Positions 36,514 to 46,268 of a DNA stretch of 64,000 nucleotides are shown piece after piece. Each line of letters starts with the position of its first letter. Position 1 is the stretch's first letter. The stretch covers positions 29,562 through 93,561 of the IMG/VR virus record IMGVR_UViG_3300019776_000165. The stretch is one strand, 5' to 3'. The notes beneath the pieces were generated by a model. It did no database searches and was not told where the DNA came from. It saw only the letters and a list, made by a program, of their open reading frames with translations. The position numbers and the translations under genes are program-made. The stretch comes from a virus.

Positions 36514-39034
36514 TACCTTTGACCCATCTTTAAAGTCCGCTATTAAAGACCTACGCACAGTTGTAGGTCTTCTAAAAGACACGACTAAAGCCATTAAAGA
36601 CATGTCTAGTGCCACTAATGGCATGGTTAAAGCGGCTAGAGGAAATAAGGGAAGTCTAGGCAAGGGCTCTCAGGGCATGATGGATAATGCCCTTGCTTCT
36701 TTTTCTGGGTTTAATAACGCAAAAGAGTTCAACACTGTAAGAAATTTTCTTACTCCTGCTTTAGGAAAGTTTAGTGGGGTAGGAGCCGCCGCTATTGGTA
36801 ACGCCCCTAAAATTCTTGGTGGCTTGAACCAAATGATGCCAGACTTCAACGCTACTGTTGACCGTGCTACTGGCTACTACAACGCTGTAATGGCTCAGGG
36901 CAACCGTTATGGAAGAGCCTCGTTTGAGAGTTCTGTGCTAAAAGGACTTGGGGGACAACTCACCAGCACTGGTTCGGACGCAAGAGTTGCTGAAATTATG
37001 TCGGGGTCTGGAGTTGCCTTCAGTAACTCTAAGAGTAGTTTCTTCCAGACTACTCTTCGTGGTGTTGGAAACATGGCTAAGTATTTCAACATGTCAAACG
37101 AGTCAGCCGCCTCTGCAATGACCTCCCTTAGCGGCGGTGCAAGTTCCGCAATGCTTATGCGTAATTTTGGAGTTATGACCAGTGACACAAGCGGTAAGCA
37201 GTTAAGTACTGGTCAAATTATTAATCAAATTTCTAGCCGACTTACTGCTGGTCGTGGAAAGTTTACTGAGAAAGATGTCATGGACTCTTTCTACAAAGGT
37301 AACTTGGGTGCAAGTTTGCAGGCTTCTGGCCTGTCACAAGACCAGCAACAAATGGTAGTGCAATCTCTTTTGGCTCAAGCAAAGGGAAAGACTTTTGACC
37401 CAAGTAGCGACAAGGCTATGGAGGGGGCCTTCAGTAGTGGTAAGAATAAGAACCCCACAGACTTCCAAAGGGGTATCTACGGGGCTCAAAGCGAAGCAAT
37501 GGGTAAGGGCGAGAGTTCATACCTTGCGGGCGCTGAGGCGGCTGGTAAGGCCGTTGAGGTACTAACTAAAGCAGGTGGAGAACTAGCCAAAGCATTTGGT
37601 GGGTTGACTGCTGCCACAACTGTTTTGACTGGCTCTATGGCTGGTGCTGGAGCGCTATCAGTGCTTAGCGGTCTTGGTGGAATTGCGGCCACTGGGCTTA
37701 TGACTGCAGGAAAGATTCCAGGACTTGGAGGACTTGGCACATTACTAAGCGGGGGAGGAGCAGCAACTGCTGGAGGGCTAGGCGCAACTGCAGCCACAGC
37801 CGCAGTAGTGGCCGCTCCTGTGGCGGGCACAGTTATGAGCGCACAATATGTAGGTGACAGACAAACACAGTACAACTATGCGACTGGTAGTTCCTCGGAC
37901 GTGTCTAACATCTATAATCCTTTTCTTTCAGGAAAACAAAGACAAGACACAAATAACTTCATAACTGAAAATTTGGGGTCCACGGACTTTGATAAAGGGT
38001 TATTTGGTGCCCAAGGCCCTTTGTTTGGTAAGAATGGACTTTTTCACATTGGTGGGGGAAAAACTACCACTGTAGGAGTTGGTGGCGGAGACACAAGCGC
38101 TGCAGCGGTATCTTCTGGAACAGGAGCCAATGGGGCAGGAACAGGAAAGCCATTCCGACTAAGCAAGCCCATTAGAAGTGGCGAAAAACCTACTGCTGTT
38201 TTTAACCAGAAAAAGTACCAAGGAAAAGTAATTTGGCCAGATGGTCACAATGGAATTGACTACCCTGTGGGTGTTGGTTCCGCAGTCTTGGCTTCCGCAG
38301 ACGGCACTGTTGCAGCCGTAAGCAAAAACGAAAACCAAGAGTTGGGTGTCCACATTATTATTAAACACCCAAGTAGCCCTGGTGGAAAAATGCACACTCT
38401 TTATGCCCACCTTAGCGGAACAAACGTAAGTGCTGGTGACTCCGTAACTGCAGGTGCAATGATTGGTCTGTCTGGAAAAACTGGTACCAAAATTACAGGT
38501 GCCCACCTCCACTTTGCGTTAATGACTAGCGCAAGTTCTGCTGATTCAATTAACCCTGCACCTTACATGGATGGCATTCCTGCAGCAGACCCTGGAGACA
38601 GTGGTATTACCCCTGCTGGAGGAACTGCTTCGGCAGACGCATCTGCTTCAACTACCACTAGTGGTGGAACAACAACCACTACTCCAAGTGCGGCAGCCAC
38701 TAGCGACGCCGTAATGGTTGACTCGTCTGGAGTTAAGGCTCAATCAAACACCATTTCAAGCCAGATTAATAACGGGGCTAACATGAGCGGAGGCCAGACC
38801 TCTTCAGGAACAGGTGTGGGTGGCGGTGACACCGCAGGAATTGTTTCTGCTACGGGCAGTGGAGCAGCGATGGCCAGCATGTCAGGAACTGCCGCTAAAC
38901 GAGGGAATGGGAACAACGTAACAATTAACTTGACTATTGCTCAGGCCAATGATGACGAGGCTAGACGATTTGCAAAGAAAGTGAAGCAACTTCTTGAAGA
39001 AGATGGTCGACGTGAACTTATGGGAAGAAGGTAA
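36506..39034 (+). CDS. Tape measure protein with C-terminal M23 peptidase
   Basis: Ala/Gly helical body; HNGID, YAHL, GAHLHF. Confidence 0.85.
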   Translation: MADTFDPSLKSAIKDLRTVVGLLKDTTKAIKDMSSATNGMVKAARGNKGSLGKGSQGMMDNALASFSGFNNAKEFNTVRNFLTPALGKFSGVGAAAIGNAPKILGGLNQMMPDFNATVDRATGYYNAVMAQGNRYGRASFESSVLKGLGGQLTSTGSDARVAEIMSGSGVAFSNSKSSFFQTTLRGVGNMAKYFNMSNESAASAMTSLSGGASSAMLMRNFGVMTSDTSGKQLSTGQIINQISSRLTAGRGKFTEKDVMDSFYKGNLGASLQASGLSQDQQQMVVQSLLAQAKGKTFDPSSDKAMEGAFSSGKNKNPTDFQRGIYGAQSEAMGKGESSYLAGAEAAGKAVEVLTKAGGELAKAFGGLTAATTVLTGSMAGAGALSVLSGLGGIAATGLMTAGKIPGLGGLGTLLSGGGAATAGGLGATAATAAVVAAPVAGTVMSAQYVGDRQTQYNYATGSSSDVSNIYNPFLSGKQRQDTNNFITENLGSTDFDKGLFGAQGPLFGKNGLFHIGGGKTTTVGVGGGDTSAAAVSSGTGANGAGTGKPFRLSKPIRSGEKPTAVFNQKKYQGKVIWPDGHNGIDYPVGVGSAVLASADGTVAAVSKNENQELGVHIIIKHPSSPGGKMHTLYAHLSGTNVSAGDSVTAGAMIGLSGKTGTKITGAHLHFALMTSASSADSINPAPYMDGIPAADPGDSGITPAGGTASADASASTTTSGGTTTTTPSAAATSDAVMVDSSGVKAQSNTISSQINNGANMSGGQTSSGTGVGGGDTAGIVSATGSGAAMASMSGTAAKRGNGNNVTINLTIAQANDDEARRFAKKVKQLLEEDGRRELMGRR

Positions 39035-39038
39035 GTAA

Positions 39039-40361
39039 ATGACTGACCCAGTATTGCCTTACAGTGGCGGAAATAGTTACCTAGCAAACTCTACTTGGAT
39101 TCCATACTCCCGTACTTACGAGGATGTTATGGCTGACCGTAAAAAGGCAGAAGCGCAAGCCGCTGAAATTCAAAAAAGAATTAACAATGCTTTAGCCACA
39201 AAAGCGGGTGTGGAGCAGTTTATTTCTGATTTAAACAAACAATTAAGTGAAACCGACCCTGGTGATACGGTGCTTATTGCTCAACTGAAGCAAGACATAA
39301 AAGACCAAAAAGTAAAAAGAGATGCGTTATCTAAAGAGATTAAAGTTCTACAAGAAGATGTTGCTTACATACGCAAAACTGGCGTAGTTCAACTTGGATG
39401 GAGAGCAAGCGCTCAAAAACGCATAGGCTCTCCTCTTGCTGAAGTGCTAAATAAAACCGATAAGACTGCGGTGAAAGTAAACGTAGGTAGCGTAAAAGAC
39501 GCTTACTTTAACGATAAAGCAGCGTTTATTAAAGAAGTTTCTCCCTCTATTCAGAACACTCCTAAATACGTCTCTGACGCAGCAAACCTTTGGGCTGGCG
39601 GAGTGGCCAACAAAGGAATGATTCAAAACTGGTCTCCACCAACTTTTGTTGGAAATGATACCTCAGTTAAAAACGCTGCTCCTGCAGGAACTCTAGCCTT
39701 ACTTAAAAACAGGCACGCTTTTCAATTCCAGTACAACCCAACATACATAGACATGTCTTATCAAGGAATGTTGATGACTGACCCAATGTATGAGGCCTCT
39801 GGAGCAGACAAGTTCAACTTGGCTGGAGCAGGTGTGAGCCAAAGCACAATTGCATTTCAAGTAATGATTAATCGTGTCTATGACATGAAGTATTACCGCA
39901 GCACTGCTTACGGAGGAAGGCTAAAAGAGGGTGTGGGAGACATCTACCCAATTATGCCGAGCATTGAAGACCAGGCAGCAATCTACAAAAAGGGAACAAT
40001 GTACGACCTTGAGTACTTGTTCAGAACTTTGCTTGGCTACACCATGCCTAGCCAGTTGAGAAACGAGTACACCGCTGACATGGGTTTTATTGGCGCTATG
40101 CCCGTCGAACTACATCTCGGTCAGGGAATGAGGTACCTCATAACGGTGAACAGCATCAACGTTAACCACGTTTTGTTTAACGAGCGAATGGTGCCTTTGT
40201 TTACCACCGTAGACATTCAGTGCAACCGACTTCCTGACTACGCTGCTCTTAGAAAAGAACTAGTACCTAAAGCGCCTAAGGCCGCCACCACGGACGGAAC
40301 TGCTGCGGCACCTACCCCGACCCCAAGCCCAGGCCCAAGCCCGACTCCCACAACTCCGTAA
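39039..40361 (+). CDS. Tube initiator/baseplate protein
   Basis: FQFQYNP motif, after tape measure. Confidence 0.6.
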   Translation: MTDPVLPYSGGNSYLANSTWIPYSRTYEDVMADRKKAEAQAAEIQKRINNALATKAGVEQFISDLNKQLSETDPGDTVLIAQLKQDIKDQKVKRDALSKEIKVLQEDVAYIRKTGVVQLGWRASAQKRIGSPLAEVLNKTDKTAVKVNVGSVKDAYFNDKAAFIKEVSPSIQNTPKYVSDAANLWAGGVANKGMIQNWSPPTFVGNDTSVKNAAPAGTLALLKNRHAFQFQYNPTYIDMSYQGMLMTDPMYEASGADKFNLAGAGVSQSTIAFQVMINRVYDMKYYRSTAYGGRLKEGVGDIYPIMPSIEDQAAIYKKGTMYDLEYLFRTLLGYTMPSQLRNEYTADMGFIGAMPVELHLGQGMRYLITVNSINVNHVLFNERMVPLFTTVDIQCNRLPDYAALRKELVPKAPKAATTDGTAAAPTPTPSPGPSPTPTTP

Positions 40362-40372
40362 AGGATATATCA

Positions 40373-40648
40373 ATGATTTTTACTGACAGTAGGTATGCAA
40401 ACGGAACACTTTTTAAAGCCCACGACTCTAGAAAAAACAGTTACTCTTTAACAGTTTTTCGCCAGTACCCTTACGCATTGTCTGAGTTCTCGCATTACAC
40501 ATGGGTAGAACGAGACCGATTGGACATTATTGCGGAAGAATTTTTGGGGAGTGCAGACCTTTGGTGGAGCATTATGGACTTTAACCCAGAAATCATTGAC
40601 CCATTTAGTATTCCAGTGGGAACTGTAATCAGGATTCCTAATGGCTAA
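40373..40648 (+). CDS. LysM-like baseplate protein (gp53/gpX-like)
   Basis: DRLDIIA...WWSIMDFNP...GTVIRIP. Confidence 0.8.
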   Translation: MIFTDSRYANGTLFKAHDSRKNSYSLTVFRQYPYALSEFSHYTWVERDRLDIIAEEFLGSADLWWSIMDFNPEIIDPFSIPVGTVIRIPNG

Positions 40649-41936
40649 TCAAACGTTAAAGTTTCGCAGAGGTACTAGTTACAGGCTATCTTTTCCTACA
40701 CTCCCATCGTTTAAAGCAGTGCCAAAGTACGTGGATGTTTACCAAAATATGTACGAACACGACATTGTTGTGGCGCAGTTTCCTAAGCCAAGTGACTCGT
40801 GGTTTAAAACATTAAAGACTGGAGTTCCAGTAAGTTTTGTTTGGAAACAAGGCAGGTTTTCAAGGACATTTTTAGGCTACGTTTACGCTATCTCTAAAAA
40901 AGATATTGCTGGTCAAAAACTTAAAGTTATGGAAGTCACTTTTATTGGCTCTTCTTTTAGACTTAAGGCTAAAAGTGCACAAGTTTTTAAAAATAAAACC
41001 ATACCTGAAGTTGCTCAGTGGATTGCTAAAAAACACAAACTAAAGTTTGTTGGTGACAATGACTCTAGGCGTTTTCCACATCTGTCTATTTCTGGTCAGT
41101 CTTATTGGGAATGGCTACATGTAAACGCACAAAGAATCGGTTTTGCTATGTATGTAGACGGAACCACTTTAGTGTTTAAAGCCATAGACAAACTTATTGA
41201 CCAAACAGCAAACAATGCCGCCACGTTCTCTATGTTTGGTAGCGTAATTGGTATGGGAGGGCAACTACTTGACCGTACGTTAGACAGCCTCAATGTAACT
41301 AACGGCGATTACGTGGAGACTTCAGAAGCAACACGTACCACCAAAGTAGTTGGAGGAGTGGACCCAATAACTAGCGCAGTGGTTTCTTCTTCAGTAGCAC
41401 CAAACACTGTTGGAACTAACCTGAGGATGGATTCATCTTCAGTTTTGTTTACCGAGCCACAAGTAGACCGTGTAGTAAACAGCGCCTCTTCCGCATTTGA
41501 TTCAGCAAAAGGCGCTGCTCAACTTGCTCGTTTTAGCCTGCCCGCCACTGCAGTTGGCCAAGGTGACCCTAGAGTACGACCATTTTTGCCTGTGCTAATT
41601 AACGGCACTGGAGAAGTTACCGATGGGTATTGGGTGGTAAAAAAAGTCCACCACATCCTGCACCGTGGTGGAGAATATCAAGTTGAAATGGAACTAGCAA
41701 CGGATGGTGTTGGAGAAAACGCCTACAGCCCATTTAGAGCGGGTGAACGGGCAATGCCTGGAGTTGTCAACACAACCGACTCTCTACTTGATAAAATTGA
41801 CCCAACGGTCAACTCTTCTTCGGGCTCGGCATTGTCGGGGCAACTAGTCCCGTATGTAGAAACTGACCAAGGATTCGGTAGAAACCCCATTTATTGGGAA
41901 GTTTCTTACGGCGGTAAGAACGGATGTTGCCCATAA
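40641..41936 (+). CDS. Baseplate hub (gpD/gp27-like)
   Basis: GDPRVRP..V.I.G...GYWVVKKVHH. Confidence 0.78.
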   Translation: MANQTLKFRRGTSYRLSFPTLPSFKAVPKYVDVYQNMYEHDIVVAQFPKPSDSWFKTLKTGVPVSFVWKQGRFSRTFLGYVYAISKKDIAGQKLKVMEVTFIGSSFRLKAKSAQVFKNKTIPEVAQWIAKKHKLKFVGDNDSRRFPHLSISGQSYWEWLHVNAQRIGFAMYVDGTTLVFKAIDKLIDQTANNAATFSMFGSVIGMGGQLLDRTLDSLNVTNGDYVETSEATRTTKVVGGVDPITSAVVSSSVAPNTVGTNLRMDSSSVLFTEPQVDRVVNSASSAFDSAKGAAQLARFSLPATAVGQGDPRVRPFLPVLINGTGEVTDGYWVVKKVHHILHRGGEYQVEMELATDGVGENAYSPFRAGERAMPGVVNTTDSLLDKIDPTVNSSSGSALSGQLVPYVETDQGFGRNPIYWEVSYGGKNGCCP

Positions 41937-42343
41937 TGCCAGGCATTGAAACAGCAATTACGTTGCCCTTCTCTATTGACAGCACGGGTAATGTAGCAAA
42001 CACTTACGACCAAACTAAAATTTGGGCCGATAGGGTCCGTTCAGTAGTGGGCACTTTAAAAACTGAAAGAATCATGGACGCCACATTTGGTACCAGAATC
42101 CCAACTACTGTTTTTGAAGACTTTAGTTCGGTGCAAGAGTCTGTTTCTCGTGAGATAGCCGACTCATTTGCAACTTTTTTGCCTCAGTTGACTTTAGATG
42201 GGGTTGTAGTCGTTACCGATGAAGAGACCAACTCCATAGTTGCAGACATAACTTACTCTTTGCCTAACAAAAAAACATCTATTATTTCTGTGGGAATTGC
42301 ATCGCTCTCTGGAAACAACATCATAAATGAGGTATCGCTATGA
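41936..42343 (+). CDS. Baseplate wedge gp25-like
   Basis: TLKTERIMDATFG. Confidence 0.8.
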   Translation: MPGIETAITLPFSIDSTGNVANTYDQTKIWADRVRSVVGTLKTERIMDATFGTRIPTTVFEDFSSVQESVSREIADSFATFLPQLTLDGVVVVTDEETNSIVADITYSLPNKKTSIISVGIASLSGNNIINEVSL

Positions 42344-44214
42344 CCGCTCCTGTAAACAAGACGCCAATCTCAGTTGACTACACCAGTCGTGATTTTTACT
42401 CTTTGCGTAATGACCTGATTGCTAGAGTGCAAGACAGGTTAAGAGACGACAAAGGAAACCCGATTTGGACGGGGGAAGACCCAGCAGACTTTGGTGTTGC
42501 TCTTATTGAGGCATTTGCGTATATGGGGGACGTGGTCAACTACTACATTGACCGAATTGCTAACGAAGCAAACATCTCTACCGCTACCCAACGTCAAAGT
42601 ATCTTAAACATTGCTAAAACTTACGGCTACTTCCCTACTGGATACCGAGCAGCAACAGTAGATGTGCAGTTTACTAACTTAGGGCTTGACACAATTACCA
42701 TCCCTGCTGGAACTCAAATCTATGCAGATGTCTCAGTAGCAGACACTATGCAGCAAGTCATTTACACCACACAAAGTGACTTGACTTTGCTAACAACTGA
42801 GTCGGGGACTATCACCTGCCTGCAGTACGAGGACATCTCGCAACGAACAGAAAACCAGTACCTAGATAAGGCTGGGGAGCGTGTTGGACCGTCAAACGGG
42901 CAACCTGAACAACAGTACACCTTGTCTGAGAATCAAGTTGTAGATAACTCCGTTAAAGTGTTTGTTAAAAATGGCGATGTCTACGAGGAGTGGAAGCATG
43001 TCACCCACTTAGTAGATTATGGGCCAAGTGACCTTGTGTTCACAACTACGACAGACGCTAATAACTTTGTGTGCGTAACTTTTGGTGACGGAGTGTCTGG
43101 TTACATTCCTCCTAAAGATTCTGAAATTCGTATTGTCTACTTTGTTGGCGGAGGAACTATCGGAAACGTAGCCATGGAAACTCCGTTTCAAATACTTAAG
43201 TTCCCTGTAGGAGTTTCTGAAGCGGAAAGTAATGCGCTGCTGGCGGCTATCGACACGGCTAACATTAAGAATCCTTATGCGTCAGCAATGGGTGGCGCTG
43301 AGCCTGAAGATAACGCTACTATCCGTCAAAACGCTCCAAAATTGCTTACCTCATTTAACCGAGCCATTACGCTTAAAGATTACGCTAATCTTGCTTTGGC
43401 AGTGGCATCTGTGGGAAAAGCAAACTCTCAATCAGACCTTTGGAGTTCTGTAAACCTATACATTGCTCCTCAAACCTCTAATGACCCATACCCTGGGTAC
43501 TCTACTACGGATTTAGATACAGACCCGTTATCGGAGGCTTTGCTTACACCTGGCTGGTTAACCTCTAAACAAGATGTGATTGATTACTTTGCTGATAAAA
43601 CTCAAATAGGTGTTTCTGTAACAGTTTTGCCGCCTAATTACACTCGCATTACTTTGAGCCTGCAATACACCGCAATTCCTGGTTATTCTGAAGAAAAAGT
43701 AACTGCCAACATTAAGGCCGCTTTATTCTCTACTTATTCGTACGCTAACTTGTCATTTGCAAACGTAATAACCCCAGAAGAAATTGAGGCTAACCTTAGG
43801 TTTGTAGACGGAGTTCTGAGCGTTCGAGTCATTTCGTTTAACCGCTTGGGCTCTACTGGACGAGTAACTTTAGTTGGAGAAGCAGACGAGATTTTTACGT
43901 TTGAAAATGCCAATGTTTCAGTCACAATGCTTTCTTCAGTTGCTTCTTTGAGCAATATTGCAAGCGGTGCTGGAACGATTACCCCTGCGTTCTCTAGTAC
44001 GTTCTATAACTACAACTTCACCACTTCTACTAGCACAACCACCTTGACGATTACTTCAGCCTCTGGAGGAACTATCTACGCAGATGGCGCTGAGCAAACT
44101 TCAGGAAGCCCATTTACGGTCAGCACTCCTACTGGAACAACTACTGTTCCAGTCATTGTGACTGCCGCTGATGGAATTGCTAAGAAGACGTACACGGTGA
44201 CCTTCACCCACTAA
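42340..44214 (+). CDS. Baseplate wedge J/gp6-like with C-terminal Ig-like domain
   Basis: [19 protein letters not shown]; VTAADG..KTYTV. Confidence 0.88.
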   Translation: MTAPVNKTPISVDYTSRDFYSLRNDLIARVQDRLRDDKGNPIWTGEDPADFGVALIEAFAYMGDVVNYYIDRIANEANISTATQRQSILNIAKTYGYFPTGYRAATVDVQFTNLGLDTITIPAGTQIYADVSVADTMQQVIYTTQSDLTLLTTESGTITCLQYEDISQRTENQYLDKAGERVGPSNGQPEQQYTLSENQVVDNSVKVFVKNGDVYEEWKHVTHLVDYGPSDLVFTTTTDANNFVCVTFGDGVSGYIPPKDSEIRIVYFVGGGTIGNVAMETPFQILKFPVGVSEAESNALLAAIDTANIKNPYASAMGGAEPEDNATIRQNAPKLLTSFNRAITLKDYANLALAVASVGKANSQSDLWSSVNLYIAPQTSNDPYPGYSTTDLDTDPLSEALLTPGWLTSKQDVIDYFADKTQIGVSVTVLPPNYTRITLSLQYTAIPGYSEEKVTANIKAALFSTYSYANLSFANVITPEEIEANLRFVDGVLSVRVISFNRLGSTGRVTLVGEADEIFTFENANVSVTMLSSVASLSNIASGAGTITPAFSSTFYNYNFTTSTSTTTLTITSASGGTIYADGAEQTSGSPFTVSTPTGTTTVPVIVTAADGIAKKTYTVTFTH

Positions 44215-45074
44215 TGAACAACAACTACTCTAGCCCTAATCGATACTACGGAGTTTATCGTGGTGTCGTGGTTGATAGCGCAGACCCTACTGGCGCTGGG
44301 CGGCTTAGAGTTAAAGTTCCTCAAATTCTAGGTAGTCAAACTACTGAGTGGATTTGGCCAAAAGAAACTAGCGCTCTACGCACTTCTTCCCCAGTTAATG
44401 GACAAGGTGTGTGGGTTCAGTTTGAAGGAGGCGACCCTGCGTACCCTGTTTGGATTGGTACTTTTGGTAAGCATAAAACAGCAGATAAGTACATCTACGT
44501 TTCACCGCTACCTAGCAGTACCTCTTTAAGTGGTATCTCTGACTACATTAAGACTAAAACGTTTAAAGACGGCTCAACCGATGTAGACCTAACCTCCTCC
44601 CTAGTGGCAATGGCTCAAGGAATTGCTACAGGAAGCGGCGTTGCAGGACCAACAGGGCCTATTGGCCCTACAGGGTCAACTGGACCTACTGGAGCCACAG
44701 GTGCTACAGGGGCCACTGGTGCAACTGGTGCTGTCGGCCCTACTGGAGCAACGGGTGCAGTGGGGCCTACGGGCCCAACTGGTACTAGTGGACTTGATGG
44801 GGCGACTGGAGCAACTGGACCTACTGGAGCCTTGGGCCCTACAGGTCCAACTGGTGCTGATGGAGTTTACGCCTATACGTTCAGCCCTACTGCTCCTACA
44901 TCCCCTGTTCAAGGAGAGAGATGGAGAGACTCCGACACTGGAATCGAGTACACATGGTTCAGTGATGGGGACTCAGGGCAGTGGGTGGAAACCGCTCAAA
45001 ATGGTATTTATGGACCTACTGGGCCAGCAGGAACAGTTGGCCTAGAGGCCTTGTTCCTAATGATGGGCGCTTAA
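44214..45074 (+). CDS. Baseplate spike OB-fold (gp5/gpV) fused to collagen and docking modules
   Basis: YRGVVVD..DP...[23 protein letters not shown]; GAT/GPT repeats; FLMMGA end. Confidence 0.85.
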   Translation: MNNNYSSPNRYYGVYRGVVVDSADPTGAGRLRVKVPQILGSQTTEWIWPKETSALRTSSPVNGQGVWVQFEGGDPAYPVWIGTFGKHKTADKYIYVSPLPSSTSLSGISDYIKTKTFKDGSTDVDLTSSLVAMAQGIATGSGVAGPTGPIGPTGSTGPTGATGATGATGATGAVGPTGATGAVGPTGPTGTSGLDGATGATGPTGALGPTGPTGADGVYAYTFSPTAPTSPVQGERWRDSDTGIEYTWFSDGDSGQWVETAQNGIYGPTGPAGTVGLEALFLMMGA

Positions 45075-45134
45075 GTTCAGGCAGTTTTACGCTTCTAAAC
45101 AAGCGAAAATAGAAGTTGACATTTAGGAGATGTT

Positions 45135-45938
45135 ATGACCTACTACCCTGGTGCGGCAATCCAGTTTGACTATAAAGTAAACTTTACTGACACAGTAGTT
45201 GCTGAAGACGTCAACCTTGCTTACGACGAGATTATTGCTATTGGAAACACTATCGGCACATCTCCTTTGGTTAGTGACGCTTGGGGAGGTGGAAGTTTTT
45301 CATCTGCGATTACTTCTTGGCCAAGCCTCAAAGCAAGAATTCAAAACATTGAGAACGGCGTTTACTCTGCATTAAGTACTGGGGTTAGCGCTTCTGGCGG
45401 AACAGTAATTACTACTACAAACAACAGCGTTATTAGCCTTAGCATTAAAGGTAAAAACGGCCAGACTGCAGATTTGTTCAATGTCCAACCTTACTCGTCT
45501 ACTGATGGGTTTAAGGTAGATAAGGATGGAATTCCTTATTACAACAGTAAGATTCTGGCCACTATTAACGGCACGGAAAATCTTTCAAATAAAACACTTT
45601 TGTCGTCCATTATTGACGGTGCCAACAACACAATCAGCAACATTGCCGCCACTTCGGTGGTCGTTACTACTGGTACTAACATTAAACAGTACGTTGATGT
45701 TAAGCCTAACGTAACTTATTCAGTTAGTTCGTCAGCCCCTTCCAGCCCTAAAACTGGTGACCTTTGGGTAAAGAGTGACACAGACATCACCTCATTTGAC
45801 CCAACAGCGTTCATCAGCGCAAGCAGCCCGTCGGTCGCATACAACAGTTACGGTTACCGTCGAGTTATTGGCTCTACTTCTGCCCCCACATCTGGAGATG
45901 GAGCAGATGGCGACATTTGGCTTCAGTACATCGCTTAG
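45135..45938 (+). CDS. Fibre/adaptor protein
   Basis: SAPSSPKTGDLWV; C-terminal GDGADGDIWLQY. Confidence 0.7.
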   Translation: MTYYPGAAIQFDYKVNFTDTVVAEDVNLAYDEIIAIGNTIGTSPLVSDAWGGGSFSSAITSWPSLKARIQNIENGVYSALSTGVSASGGTVITTTNNSVISLSIKGKNGQTADLFNVQPYSSTDGFKVDKDGIPYYNSKILATINGTENLSNKTLLSSIIDGANNTISNIAATSVVVTTGTNIKQYVDVKPNVTYSVSSSAPSSPKTGDLWVKSDTDITSFDPTAFISASSPSVAYNSYGYRRVIGSTSAPTSGDGADGDIWLQYIA

Positions 45939-45946
45939 GAGATTAA

Positions 45947-46258
45947 ATGGCTAAACAAGCATACGTATATGATGGAACTGACTGGCAGGCACTTGGTCTG
46001 CAGGTTCCTTCAGCACCTTACTCACAAAAGTATGGTAGCGAGTCTGTAACGGCCAGTGCAAGCCCTACTAGCAAGTCCGTGACATTTGCTGTGGGCTCGT
46101 TTACCGCAACTCCTAAAGTATTCCTACAAGTAACCTCTGACGTGGACGCACGTATTGTTGTCAGTACAGTTACCTCCAGTGGTTTTACCGCAAAAATCTA
46201 TGGGCCCACTTCAGGGACAGTCACGTTTGATTGGTACGCAGTTCAGCCTACTGCTTAA
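45947..46258 (+). CDS. H-type-lectin-like fibre tip
   Basis: VTF..FTATPKV...VTSSGF...FDWYA. Confidence 0.65.
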   Translation: MAKQAYVYDGTDWQALGLQVPSAPYSQKYGSESVTASASPTSKSVTFAVGSFTATPKVFLQVTSDVDARIVVSTVTSSGFTAKIYGPTSGTVTFDWYAVQPTA

Positions 46259-46268
46259 GGAATAGTTA

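Noticed and set aside
19995-45074. GGNCCNACN tandem repeats as DNA repeats or DGR
   Set aside because: They encode collagen triplets; no reverse transcriptase or TR/VR pair seen
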